Assembly: GCA_040376605.1 (NCBI GenBank)
Contig: JBEIQI010000001.1
Location: 5,191-69,190 of the forward strand
Source: Flavobacteriales bacterium
GTDB taxonomy: Bacteria; Bacteroidota; Bacteroidia; CAIKAF01
Length of the DNA: 64,000 nt
Reading direction: 5' to 3'
The notes beneath the pieces were generated by a model. The model made no database searches. It had not been told where the DNA came from and saw only the letters and a program-made list of their open reading frames with translations. A program made the translations under genes and the position numbers. Position 1 is the first letter of the stretch; each line of letters begins with the position of its first letter. Positions 26,926 through 38,164 of the stretch are shown here, piece by piece.

Positions 26926-28290
26926 CTATTTTCTAAGTTGGTAAGATTTCGGTTTTGTAAATGCCCTTATGCCTGCATGTGATAAGGTAGACCCAAATCC
27001 TGAATGATTTCTGCCGCTCCATGGAACAGGAGCACTTACCCTGTCACAACAATTCCAATAACCGGTTCCGCTGTCAATTTGTGATAATATTTTTTCAGCT
27101 CGATCCCAGGTTTTTGAATAAACTGCAGCGGTAAGCCCGTATTCTGTATCTTGCATAAGTTTCAAGGCTTCATCGTCATCCTTTACTTTCATAATACCGA
27201 TTACCGGGCCAAAACTTTCTTCTACCATAATGTCCATCTCATGATTTACATCCACCAAAACAGTGGGCTCAAATCCATATCCTTTGCCTTCGATTACTTC
27301 ACCACCAACTAATATATTTGCGCCTTTTTCTATTGCATCTTGCACTTGGTTGTAAATCACTTCTACTTGAGGTTCTCTGGCCACCACGGTAATATATACC
27401 CCATCTTCAGTAGGTAAACCAACCTTCCACGATTTTACTTCTGTTACAAATGCATTGATAAAATCATCGTAGATTTTTTCGTGAACATAAATTCTTTCAA
27501 CAGCACAACAGCTTTGTCCGTTATTATAGAATGCCCCATCTGCTATTCCTGCTGCTGCTGCCGAAATATTTTCTATATCATCTGCTACATAAACAGGATC
27601 TTTGCCGCCTAATTCCAATTGACAAGGCACCATTTTATGAGCTACTTTTTCGTAAATTATTTGTCCTGTTTTGTAAGAGCCCGTAAAGAAATATCCATTA
27701 AATGGCATATCCAATAATATACTTCCCACCTCGCCGGTTCCAATAGCTACTTTAAAAATATCATCTGGCACACCGGCTTTTATGAGTAGCTTTTCAATTT
27801 CTATTCCGGTTAAACTGGAATATTCGGATGGCTTGTACAGCACCGCATTGCCTGCCAATAATGCTGGTACAAATACATTCACTCCTACATTATAAGGGAA
27901 ATTCCATGCCGAAATATTACAAATAACTCCCAATGGTTCGTAAACAATTTTTTCCGTTAAACCGTTGGTTTCCGTCATGATTTCTTCCGACAAATATTTC
28001 TCGGCATTTTCGGTTAACCAAACAACCCGATTACTTGCTCCATTTATTTCGTTTCGGGATTGTTGCAGAGGCTTTCCCACTTCGGAGGTGAGTATCGCGG
28101 CTAAACTTTCAACATTTTCCTTCAACAATGTTGCAAATTTTGATAGAATGGAAATTCGTTCTTTTAATGGAACTGCTTGCCAATTGGGCTGCGACTCTAT
28201 TAATGTATTGTATTTATCTATAATGGTATCTTCATTGTCTTCTGCAATGGTAATGATTATTTCTTCTGTGGCAGGATTAATAATGTCCAT
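26926..28290 (-). CDS. NAD(P)+-dependent aldehyde dehydrogenase (PuuC-like position in operon)
   Basis: 454 aa. ALDH catalytic motifs (ELGGKDP..., NNGQSCCAVERIYV with catalytic Cys, FTGSYKTGQ cofactor site). Confidence 0.85.
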   Translation of the reverse strand: MDIINPATEEIIITIAEDNEDTIIDKYNTLIESQPNWQAVPLKERISILSKFATLLKENVESLAAILTSEVGKPLQQSRNEINGASNRVVWLTENAEKYLSEEIMTETNGLTEKIVYEPLGVICNISAWNFPYNVGVNVFVPALLAGNAVLYKPSEYSSLTGIEIEKLLIKAGVPDDIFKVAIGTGEVGSILLDMPFNGYFFTGSYKTGQIIYEKVAHKMVPCQLELGGKDPVYVADDIENISAAAAGIADGAFYNNGQSCCAVERIYVHEKIYDDFINAFVTEVKSWKVGLPTEDGVYITVVAREPQVEVIYNQVQDAIEKGANILVGGEVIEGKGYGFEPTVLVDVNHEMDIMVEESFGPVIGIMKVKDDDEALKLMQDTEYGLTAAVYSKTWDRAEKILSQIDSGTGYWNCCDRVSAPVPWSGRNHSGFGSTLSHAGIRAFTKPKSYQLRK

Positions 28291-28295
28291 AATAT

Positions 28296-28997
28296 TTACT
28301 TGGGTTTAATTGATGATAAAAATGCTTCTCGTATATTTTGAGAAAATGACAACATCGTTTTGTTAACCTTTAATCTTTCAGGATGCCATTGTACACATAA
28401 TAAAAATGGTTTGCCTTCTTTAATTTTATATTCTGTTGCTTCGGCAACATCATCTTTGGATACGGCTGATACCATTAAATCATCAGCAATAGTGCCCAAC
28501 CCCTGATGATGGGCTGAATTCACTTCGCCGTTTTCTGTTTCAGAAATCTGATATAGGAGGCTTTCACGATCTACAAAAATTTCATGCACCCCATCATCAA
28601 ATTCGTTTGCCTTCCGATGATTTTGACGACCAGCCTCTTCCAAATCCTGAATTAGGTTTCCTCCTAAAGCAATATTCACTAATTGCATGCCTCGGCAAAT
28701 GGCCAAAACCGGAATGTGATGGCTGCATGCATATTCAAAAACTTTAATTTCGAAAATGTCTCTTGCCTCATTAAATATTTCTGGGCCTAATGGATATTCG
28801 TATCTACTGTTATTATAAAATTTAGGATGAGTATCAATACCTCCACTTAAAACGATAGCATCACATTTACTTAAATCCTCTAAATTATTTTCGGTATAGG
28901 ATAAGGTGATAATTTTAATACCATCATCATTTCCCTGAATCCATGGGGCATAGAGATGGAACTTTGAATCGGATTGTGTAATGCCTATTATTTTCAT
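28296..28997 (-). CDS. Gamma-glutamyl-amide hydrolase, class-I glutamine amidotransferase-like (peptidase C26, PuuD type)
   Basis: 233 aa. VLAICRGMQLVNIALGG (nucleophile Cys) ... CVQWHPE (His) is the triad layout of PuuD / gamma-glutamyl-GABA hydrolase. Confidence 0.8.
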   Translation of the reverse strand: MKIIGITQSDSKFHLYAPWIQGNDDGIKIITLSYTENNLEDLSKCDAIVLSGGIDTHPKFYNNSRYEYPLGPEIFNEARDIFEIKVFEYACSHHIPVLAICRGMQLVNIALGGNLIQDLEEAGRQNHRKANEFDDGVHEIFVDRESLLYQISETENGEVNSAHHQGLGTIADDLMVSAVSKDDVAEATEYKIKEGKPFLLCVQWHPERLKVNKTMLSFSQNIREAFLSSIKPK

Positions 28998-29011
28998 GCT
29001 AATTAATTATT

Positions 29012-30160
29012 TTATAAAGCCTCGGCATAAAGGGTTCTGAATTCATCCCTAGAAACAGGTTTTGGATTATTCGGATGTGCAAAATCTGCAAATGCCAAAT
29101 CGGCTAAGGTGTCCAAATGTTCTTCCTTCACTTGGATATCTCTTAAATGATGTGGAATACCAATACTAGAATTTAAATCAAATAGATATTTAACCACTGC
29201 TTCACCGGTAAGTTCTTTAAGATTGAGTGTTTGTGCAATCCTGTGAAAGCGATCTTCGAATCCGGCTATATTAAATTTCATTCCATATGGAATATTAACG
29301 GCATTGGCTAAACCATGATGTGTATCTAATAAGGAGGAAAGTGGATGAGCTAATGAATGAACTACTCCTAAACCTTTTTGAAATGCAATAGCACCCATCA
29401 TAGAGGCCAATAACATTTCAGCCCTGGATTCTACGTCCGGATTTTTAACTGCCTTTTCTAAAGAAACAGAAACTAATCGAATTCCTTCTAATGCAATTCC
29501 ATCGCAAATAGGATGATAATTTTTTGCCAAGAATGCTTCCATGTTATGAGTTAATGCATCCATACCGGTCGCAGCCGTTATAAATGCAGGAAGTTCCATG
29601 GTAAGCATCGGATCTGCAAAAACAATTTTGGCGAGTAGTTTTGGCGAGAATAAAATTTTTTTTTGATGCGTTTCGTCATCTGCAATTATTGCTGATCGGC
29701 CCACTTCAGAGCCTGTTCCAGCTGTTGTGGGTACGGTAATAAAATGAGGTACATCATTGGTAACATAAATATCGCCTCCCACTAAATCATCGTATTTAAA
29801 AAGAGCTTCTCTATGGTTAACTTGCAAAACAATGGCCCTTGCAACATCTAATGCTGCTCCTCCACCAATGCCAATAATACAATCTCTGTGGGTTGCATCC
29901 CAATGTTCGGTTCCTTTATAAACATCTGATTTTACAGGGTTTTTATGGATACTGGAAAAAACCTCTACTGAAATTCCTGCATTTTTTAAATCCGATACAA
30001 TGGTCTTAAAAAAACTCAAATCGGCAATAACCGGATCTGTTACAATCAGTGGTTTATTAAGTTGATTATTTTTTAAATAAGGGGCTAGTTCTTTTATAGC
30101 ACCGGCACCAAATCGTATGATGGTGGGGAAGTTAAATTGAGAAATTTTCGTAAAGTCCAT
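29012..30160 (-). CDS. Iron-containing (group III) alcohol dehydrogenase
   Basis: 382 aa. GGGAALDVARAI (NAD-binding GGGS-like) and metal-ligand His motifs (...THNMEAF..., ...VHSLAHPL...). Confidence 0.85.
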   Translation of the reverse strand: MDFTKISQFNFPTIIRFGAGAIKELAPYLKNNQLNKPLIVTDPVIADLSFFKTIVSDLKNAGISVEVFSSIHKNPVKSDVYKGTEHWDATHRDCIIGIGGGAALDVARAIVLQVNHREALFKYDDLVGGDIYVTNDVPHFITVPTTAGTGSEVGRSAIIADDETHQKKILFSPKLLAKIVFADPMLTMELPAFITAATGMDALTHNMEAFLAKNYHPICDGIALEGIRLVSVSLEKAVKNPDVESRAEMLLASMMGAIAFQKGLGVVHSLAHPLSSLLDTHHGLANAVNIPYGMKFNIAGFEDRFHRIAQTLNLKELTGEAVVKYLFDLNSSIGIPHHLRDIQVKEEHLDTLADLAFADFAHPNNPKPVSRDEFRTLYAEAL

Positions 30161-30272
30161 GGAGTCTTGGTATAGGTTGCAAAATTAGGAAAAAGAGTGG
30201 AATAATCTTGGTGCATTACAACGGTAGATTCCGGCGAAGGCAGCTAGCTCTATTGCGAAATGGCCATATAAA

Positions 30273-31631
30273 CTAAATAATCTCGAAATATCTTCTTTTT
30301 TCCCAATCAGTAACCGCTTTATTATATTGTTTCCATTCCCATTCTCGGGTAGCTACAAAATGATCAACAAATGCATTCCCAAATAATTCTTTTGATAATT
30401 TAGATTGTTTCATGGCTTGGGTAGCATTCCATAAATTGGTGGGCAAAACCCCATGAGAAGTTTCCTTATATCCATTGCCTTTTGTTGGAGCTTGTAGTTT
30501 AAGTTTGTTTTTTATCCCATACAAACCACTTGCTAAACATGCTGCCATGGCTAAATAAGGATTGACATCTGAACCTACTACACGTGTTTCAAGTCGGCAT
30601 GATTTATTACTACTGGGCAATGCTCTTAAAGCAACGGTTCTATTATCAATGGCCCAGGTTAAAGTTGTTGGAGCCCAAGCTCCTTCAACCAATCTTTTAT
30701 ATGAATTAATGGTAGGGGCGTACATTGGCAAAATAAATGGAAGACAATATAATTGACCAGCAATATATTGTTTCATTAATTCACTCATGCCATCTTTTTC
30801 ATCCTCGCTATGGAATAAATTTTTATTAGGTCTTTTATCCCACAAACTTTGATGAACATGTCCACTGCATCCTGGTAAATTCTCATCCCATTTAGCCATA
30901 AAGCTAGCCATGATTCCATGCATATAGGCCAATTCTTTTACGGATGATTTAAATAGTACGGCTCGATCTGCTGCCTCCAATATACCTGAATAGGTAATGG
31001 CTGCTTCATAAACACCTGGCCCTGTTTCGGTATGTAAACCTTCAATAGGAATATCGAATTTTTTTAATTCATCGAATATGGCAGAAAAAAAATCATTTCT
31101 TAAAGTAGTTCTTAAAATAGAATAACCAAACATGCCCGGCGTAAGTGGGCTAAGGTTATTAAATTTTTTTTCGTGAATAGATTGAGGTGTTTCTTCGAAA
31201 TTAAACCATTCGAATTCCTGACTGAAATAGGGCACATAGCCAGCTTTATCTGCTGAGGCAATTATTTTTTTTAATAGATTTCTCGGACAAACATCTGCCG
31301 GGTTTTCTTTTTCATGAACGAGTTCGCAAAGGAAAAAAGGAATATTATTTTCCCATGGAATCATTCGAAAGGTAGATAAATCAATTCTTGCCGGTGCATC
31401 TGGGTAACCTGATTGCCATCCGGTATATGAAGAATTATCATAAGCGGTATCATTGGCATCCCAGCCAAATACAACATTACAAAAACCTAGTTGACCCTTA
31501 ACTGCACTTAGAAACTTTTCGGTGCTGATATATTTTCCACGTAAAACTCCATCAATATCAGTAATGGCTAATTTTACCTTTTGGTCGGAATGGTTTTTTA
31601 CATAATCGATAATTTCCTGTTCTGTCATCAT
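30273..31631 (-). CDS. Glutamine synthetase-family gamma-glutamyl-amine ligase (PuuA / GlnA4 / GmaS type)
   Basis: 452 aa. GS catalytic-domain features (...FEPKP-like beta-grasp N-terminal domain, HVHQSLW, NPYLAMAACLASG, ...R...E motifs). Size and operon context fit the PuuA-like ligases rather than housekeeping GlnA. Confidence 0.75.
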   Translation of the reverse strand: MMTEQEIIDYVKNHSDQKVKLAITDIDGVLRGKYISTEKFLSAVKGQLGFCNVVFGWDANDTAYDNSSYTGWQSGYPDAPARIDLSTFRMIPWENNIPFFLCELVHEKENPADVCPRNLLKKIIASADKAGYVPYFSQEFEWFNFEETPQSIHEKKFNNLSPLTPGMFGYSILRTTLRNDFFSAIFDELKKFDIPIEGLHTETGPGVYEAAITYSGILEAADRAVLFKSSVKELAYMHGIMASFMAKWDENLPGCSGHVHQSLWDKRPNKNLFHSEDEKDGMSELMKQYIAGQLYCLPFILPMYAPTINSYKRLVEGAWAPTTLTWAIDNRTVALRALPSSNKSCRLETRVVGSDVNPYLAMAACLASGLYGIKNKLKLQAPTKGNGYKETSHGVLPTNLWNATQAMKQSKLSKELFGNAFVDHFVATREWEWKQYNKAVTDWEKRRYFEII

Positions 31632-31634
31632 AAA

Positions 31635-32951
31635 TTATTTTTTATAAAATATCTTGTAAACAATAAAACAAATAAGAAGGATACCTAAGTAAATCAACAT
31701 CAGCTTTATCCAATAAATGCCAATTAATACAAAGGTAACCATTGCCAACACCATAGCTAATGCAGGAACAAATGGATAACCAGGAACTCTATAGGGGCGA
31801 TGAGTATTCGGATCTTTGCGCCTTAGTGCAATAAGCGAAAGCATGGCCAGCATATACAACGTTAATGCTCCTAAAACCGAAATGATAATTATGTCCCCAG
31901 TTTTATTCGTTATTAATAGCATTATACCAATACACATATTGGCAATTAGCGCATAATCGGGAGTTTTAACAATAGGTTGAATATGCCCTAGAAATTTAGG
32001 TGCTAAACCGGCTTTACCAAATTCGAAAGTAGACCGACCTGCAGCTAAAATTAATCCATGGAACGAAGCCACTAAACCAAATAAACCGATCGTAATTAAT
32101 AGATGATATAATAATGCATTATCACCTACTACCTTTCTCATCGCTAATGGTAGGGGAGAATCAGATACATTTCCATTCTGCGCATTATCGAAAACAATGA
32201 GTTCCCAGCCGCCAACCCCAACGGCTGCTACAAAGGTTAATATGCACAATACTACTAATGTAAAAATGGCCGATCCAAAACCTTTTAAAATATCTTTTTG
32301 TGGATTTTTTGTTTCTTCAGCAACATTTGCCAAACCTTCGATTCCCAGAAAAAACCATACAGCAAAAGGAAGTGCCCCAAGAATTCCTTTCCAACCATTT
32401 GGTAAGGCGTTATGTTGCAGGTTTTCCATTTTAAAATGTGGCATGGTAACTCCGGCAAAAATTAAAAGTTCTACTACAGCAATGATTGTGATTACTAATT
32501 CGAAGATAGCCGCCGCTTTTACCCCTGATACATTTAATAAAGTAAAAATAATATAAGCTGAAATAGATATTGCTAAGGCAGGAATTTGTGGAAAGAATAA
32601 ATGAAAATAAGTTCCTATGGCAAATGCAATAGCGGGTGGTGCGAATACAAATTCAATGATTTGGGCCATCCCTGCCAAAAAGCCGATATCTTTTCCAAAA
32701 GCTTTAGTGGCATAATCAAATACACCACCCGCCTTTGGTATATAGCAAGCAAGCTCCGCATAGGAAAATGTAAAACAAGCATAAAGTATTATAATGATAA
32801 CGGTGGCAATTCCCATTCCTAAAGTTCCACCTTCTTTTAAACCCAAATTCCAGCCAAAATATAATCCAGAAATAACATAACCTACCCCTAATCCCCAAAG
32901 CATTATAGGAGTAAGTGTTTTCTTAAGGCTGCCGTTATTGGTTATTTCCAT
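31635..32951 (-). CDS. APC-superfamily amino acid/amine permease (ethanolamine/putrescine permease-like)
   Basis: 438 aa, 12 TM. An APC signature is recognisable near the N-terminus. First gene of the minus-strand operon. Confidence 0.75.
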   Translation of the reverse strand: MEITNNGSLKKTLTPIMLWGLGVGYVISGLYFGWNLGLKEGGTLGMGIATVIIIILYACFTFSYAELACYIPKAGGVFDYATKAFGKDIGFLAGMAQIIEFVFAPPAIAFAIGTYFHLFFPQIPALAISISAYIIFTLLNVSGVKAAAIFELVITIIAVVELLIFAGVTMPHFKMENLQHNALPNGWKGILGALPFAVWFFLGIEGLANVAEETKNPQKDILKGFGSAIFTLVVLCILTFVAAVGVGGWELIVFDNAQNGNVSDSPLPLAMRKVVGDNALLYHLLITIGLFGLVASFHGLILAAGRSTFEFGKAGLAPKFLGHIQPIVKTPDYALIANMCIGIMLLITNKTGDIIIISVLGALTLYMLAMLSLIALRRKDPNTHRPYRVPGYPFVPALAMVLAMVTFVLIGIYWIKLMLIYLGILLICFIVYKIFYKK

Positions 32952-33060
32952 CCCTCAATAATAATAAAAATTGACTGTAATTGGTCCTAATTGCTCGCCT
33001 CAAGGTCATACTTCTTGGGATATTTTTAATCTGGCATTGAACAAAATGAATCGGGCATTT

Positions 33061-33090
33061 TTGGAAATTTGTTTTTATTATCTACATTTG
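33061..33090 (+). promoter_or_regulatory. Bacteroidetes promoter (-33 TTG, 19-nt spacer, -7 TAcaTTTG) driving the SAM riboswitch / met operon
   Basis: ttggaaatttgtttttattatctacatttg, with TTG at 33061-33063 and TAnnTTTG at 33083-33090. Confidence 0.5.
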
Positions 33091-33115
33091 TGACATCAAA
33101 CGACCTGTTACAAGG

Positions 33116-33258
33116 TAATTGATTTATAAAGAAGAGGTTAGAGACTGGCTCGTTGAACCTCTGGCAACCAACTATAAGCCCCGTTAATTCGGGTTGGAAA
33201 ACCGGTGCCAATTCCAGATTCTGCTACATATTGTATCAGAAGAATATAGATTGAGAAA
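33116..33258 (+). promoter_or_regulatory. SAM-I (S-box) riboswitch aptamer
   Basis: Contains the invariant SAM-I blocks ...AGAAGAGGTTAGAGACTGGCTCGTTGAACCTCTGGCAACC... (GGCAACC at 33163-33169) and GGTGCCAATTCC (33204-33215). P2 (GAGGTT/AACCTC), P3 and P4 hairpins can be drawn. It sits 5' of metY-metX-hom. Confidence 0.8.
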
Positions 33259-33507
33259 AATGAAAAAAACAAATCATTTAAGTCTAGAAAGCCAAACAAA
33301 AAAATTCTTTGGACAACATTTATTCTGTTGTTGTTGCTGTTTTAGCTGTTAAGATTTTACCATTTCTTCATTAACACCTTTAAAACTTTTACAACATCAT
33401 CATGAATACATATGTCCATGCGGAAGTATTTCAGTTAGAATCTGGCCATAAAATAGCTAGTGTTAATCTCATGCTCAATGGTATTTGCCGTCGCTAATAC
33501 GATATAA

Positions 33508-34902
<1,395 letters not shown>

Positions 34903-34950
34903 TGGTTGATAATAATAAAACTCTATAATAAATAATTAGCAAATGTAGGC

Positions 34951-35970
34951 ATGTCAAACTTTCAAACATACCAAAACACCCAACCCTTTGCACTCGAAAG
35001 TGGCGAGGTACTTGGTGGGCTTAAAATAGCTTACCATACCTATGGTACCTTTGATGCACAAAAAAGCAAGGTGGTTTGGGTTTGCCATGCCCTCACAGCT
35101 AATTCCGATGTAGCAGATTGGTGGGAAGATATTTTTGGCAAAGGCAGTCACTTCGATAAAGAGGAATATTATATCATTTGCGCAAATATATTAGGATCAT
35201 GTTATGGATCTACAGGGCCATTGTCTGATAATGGCATTGGACGTCCTTATTTAAGAAGTTTTCCACTGGTAACCCCAAGGGACATGGCAAATGCTCATTT
35301 AATGCTGAAATCGCACCTGAAGATTCAAACCATTGATTTGTTAATTGGTTCATCTCTGGGAGGGCAGCAAGCTATGGAGCTTGCAATACAACTTAAGGAG
35401 GATTTGGATCAACTCATATTAATTGCTACTAATGCAAAACATTCACCCTATGGTATTGCCTTTAATGAATCCCAGCGTTTGGCATTATTAGCAGATGAAA
35501 GCTTTGAAAGACAGGAACCTAATGGTGGAGAAAAGGGCTTAATTGCTGCTAGAAGCATTGCGATGTTAAGTTATCGCTCCTATCACGGTTATCAAATTAC
35601 CCAATCAGAAGAAAGTAGCAATAAGCTGGATGATTTTAAGTCGTCTTCATATCAGAGGTATCAGGGTAAAAAATTGGCTAAAAGGTTTAATGCTTATTCA
35701 TATTGGGCACTTTTAAAATCTATGGATAGCCACCATGTAGGTCGGAACAAGGGATCAATAAAGGATGCTCTTGCAGAAATAACTGCTAGAACATTAGTGG
35801 TAGGGATCAGTAGCGATTTGCTTTTTCCAGTAGAGGAGCAAAAATATTTAGCCGAACATATTCTAAACGCCCAGCTGGAAGTAATGGATTCGAATTTTGG
35901 ACATGATGGGTTTTTAGCGGACGCCAAAGTACTTGAAACAATTATTATTGAATTTTTAAAAACTACATAA
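34951..35970 (+). CDS. metX: Homoserine O-acetyltransferase
   Basis: 339 aa alpha/beta hydrolase. FALESGEVLGGLKIAYHTYG...VVWVCHALTANSD...GSSLGGQQA (nucleophile Ser) ... DLLFP ... HDGFL is the MetX pattern. Confidence 0.85.
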   Translation: MSNFQTYQNTQPFALESGEVLGGLKIAYHTYGTFDAQKSKVVWVCHALTANSDVADWWEDIFGKGSHFDKEEYYIICANILGSCYGSTGPLSDNGIGRPYLRSFPLVTPRDMANAHLMLKSHLKIQTIDLLIGSSLGGQQAMELAIQLKEDLDQLILIATNAKHSPYGIAFNESQRLALLADESFERQEPNGGEKGLIAARSIAMLSYRSYHGYQITQSEESSNKLDDFKSSSYQRYQGKKLAKRFNAYSYWALLKSMDSHHVGRNKGSIKDALAEITARTLVVGISSDLLFPVEEQKYLAEHILNAQLEVMDSNFGHDGFLADAKVLETIIIEFLKTT

Positions 35971-35971
35971 A

Positions 35972-37219
35972 ATGAGAAAGAAATTATCGATTGGATTATT
36001 TGGATTTGGTTGTGTTGGAAATGGGTTATATGAAGTGTTGAATAAATCAGAGTTATTAGATGCAACGATCAAAAAAATAGTGGTTAAGAATCCTACCAAA
36101 GATAGAAAAATTAGTAAGGAGCATTTTTCATATGATAAAAATGATATTTTATTGGATGATGAAATTAACCTTGTTGTTGAATTGATTGATGATGCAAAAG
36201 CTGCATTTTTAATCGTTTCCGAGGCATTAAAAAGAAAGAAAAATGTAGTTACCGCCAATAAAAAAATGCTTGCTGAGAACCTTGAGGAACTTATTGGGCT
36301 GGCAAAGGAAAATAAGGTATCCTTATTATATGAAGCATCTGTGGGAGGCAGTATTCCTATAATCAGGAACTTGGAGGAATACTATAATAATGATTCTCTA
36401 TCAGGGGTGTTGGGAATTGTAAATGGAACCACGAATTATATTCTAACCCAAACCAATTATGGCAAGGACTATGATTCGGCATTGCAGGAAGCCCGTGAGT
36501 TAGGATTTGCGGAATCTGATCCTACCTTAGATGTTGACGGATTTGATTCGAAGTTTAAATTGATATTGCTCATTAAGCATGCTTTTGGATTAACCTTACA
36601 AGCCGAAGAGGTGTTTAATTATGGAATACGTCAAGTAAAAGAGCAGGATGTTAGGTATGCTTCGGAAAAGGGACTTCGCTTAAAATTATTTTCAAGGGCC
36701 GAAAAAGTGGGGAATCAATTAATAGGTTTTGTGGCGCCACACTTTATTGCGGAGGATAATGTCGCTTATAATGTAAATAACGAATTTAATGCAGTAACTG
36801 TAGAAGCATTATTTTCCGATAAACAATTGTTTTTGGGTAAAGGTGCAGGAGCCTATCCAACGGCAAGTGCTGTATTATCTGATATTTCAGCACTCCAATA
36901 TGATTATGCCTATGAGTATAAAAAATCACAGAAAGTGAATAATTTAACCTATACCACTGATTTTAAATTGAAAATCTATGCCGGATCATCTTCTATTGAA
37001 AAGTTAGAGGAGCTTCCTTGGATAGAAAAAGATGAAGTACTAAAAAGTAAAGACTACTGTTATATCACGGGAATTATAAACTTTGCCGACCTGTTTCTAA
37101 CGGATTTTAATGCCAGAAATGATTTTTTCTTCGCGGTTCTCCCTCATTCCATCAAGGACTTAAACAGTTCTGAAGCTCAATTATCATTTGCCGAATTACA
37201 AGAATCTATTAACTATTAA
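35972..37219 (+). CDS. hom: Homoserine dehydrogenase
   Basis: 415 aa. N-terminal GLFGFGCVGNG (NAD-binding), catalytic ...ANKKMLAENLEEL..., ...GTTNYIL..., ...GFAESDPTLDVDGFDSKFKL... are Hom hallmarks. Confidence 0.8.
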   Translation: MRKKLSIGLFGFGCVGNGLYEVLNKSELLDATIKKIVVKNPTKDRKISKEHFSYDKNDILLDDEINLVVELIDDAKAAFLIVSEALKRKKNVVTANKKMLAENLEELIGLAKENKVSLLYEASVGGSIPIIRNLEEYYNNDSLSGVLGIVNGTTNYILTQTNYGKDYDSALQEARELGFAESDPTLDVDGFDSKFKLILLIKHAFGLTLQAEEVFNYGIRQVKEQDVRYASEKGLRLKLFSRAEKVGNQLIGFVAPHFIAEDNVAYNVNNEFNAVTVEALFSDKQLFLGKGAGAYPTASAVLSDISALQYDYAYEYKKSQKVNNLTYTTDFKLKIYAGSSSIEKLEELPWIEKDEVLKSKDYCYITGIINFADLFLTDFNARNDFFFAVLPHSIKDLNSSEAQLSFAELQESINY

Positions 37220-37242
37220 ATAACCCTCAAATTAATTTAAAA

Positions 37243-37734
37243 ATGAATCAAGCTCCTTTACCCTGGTATATTGCCGGCCCGCTTATTGGTCTAATCGTTC
37301 CCTTACTCTTATTGTTAAGAGAAAAACAATTTGGTATTTCGTCATCGTATCGTTATATCTGGTCGTTAATTACAAAGAAACCAGCCTATTTTAATTATGA
37401 TAACAAGGTGGATGCCTGGCAAGCTCAATTTGGAATTGGTTTAATTGCCGTGGGATTCTATTATTATTTTACTAAGGAAGCTAATTTTCTCATGAACGAT
37501 GAATTATCCAACCAGTTTAATGTTGATTTTTATCAAATCAGTAATTGGGTCGTGTTTTTGATTGGGGGCATTTTGGTTGGTTTTGGGGCTAGATATGCTA
37601 ATGGCTGCACTGCAGGGCATTGTATCATGGGAATGTCTCAGCTTTCTCTCACCTCATTAATAGCTACTGTTGGGTTTTTTATCGGGGGCTTAATCATTGC
37701 TCATTTTATTAATCCAATTCTTTATCATTTATAA
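37243..37734 (+). CDS. YeeE/YedE family (sulfur/thiosulfate transporter) half-protein, N-terminal-type
   Basis: 163 aa, 4 TM, conserved Cys-containing loop GARYANGCTAGHCIMG. Confidence 0.65.
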   Translation: MNQAPLPWYIAGPLIGLIVPLLLLLREKQFGISSSYRYIWSLITKKPAYFNYDNKVDAWQAQFGIGLIAVGFYYYFTKEANFLMNDELSNQFNVDFYQISNWVVFLIGGILVGFGARYANGCTAGHCIMGMSQLSLTSLIATVGFFIGGLIIAHFINPILYHL

Positions 37735-37737
37735 ATT

Positions 37738-38163
37738 ATGAAAAAAATAATCAATTTTATTGTTTCCATTTTATTGGGAGCTGCTTTCGGAATAGTGCTT
37801 ATAGAGTCACAGGCAATTTCTTGGTATAGAATTCAGGAAATGTTTTATTTTCAGTCGTTCCATATGTATGGTTTGTTAGGTTCTGCTATTGCTACCGGTG
37901 CCTTAAGTATTTTTCTTATAAAGAAGCTAAAGGTTAAAAGTGTCTATAATAATACGGTTGTTGTTAAAGATAAACCACTAACTTGGAAGGCGAATTTGAT
38001 AGGAGGAATTATTTTCGGTTTGGGCTGGGGATTAACAGGGGCTTGTTCTGCACCGCTGCTAATTTTGGTTGGGTTATCATGGAAGTTGGGTTTAATTTTG
38101 TTGGGTGGAGCATTATTGGGTACTTTTATTTATGGAATATTAAAAAACAAACTTCCGCATTAA
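37738..38163 (+). CDS. YeeE/YedE family half-protein, C-terminal-type
   Basis: 141 aa, 4 TM, conserved GLGWGLTGACSAP loop. Abuts the upstream half-gene. Confidence 0.65.
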   Translation: MKKIINFIVSILLGAAFGIVLIESQAISWYRIQEMFYFQSFHMYGLLGSAIATGALSIFLIKKLKVKSVYNNTVVVKDKPLTWKANLIGGIIFGLGWGLTGACSAPLLILVGLSWKLGLILLGGALLGTFIYGILKNKLPH

Positions 38164-38164
38164 T

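Noticed and set aside
33026-33211. 61-aa minus-strand ORF
   Set aside because: It lies antisense to the SAM-I riboswitch aptamer and promoter, so it is not credible as a gene.
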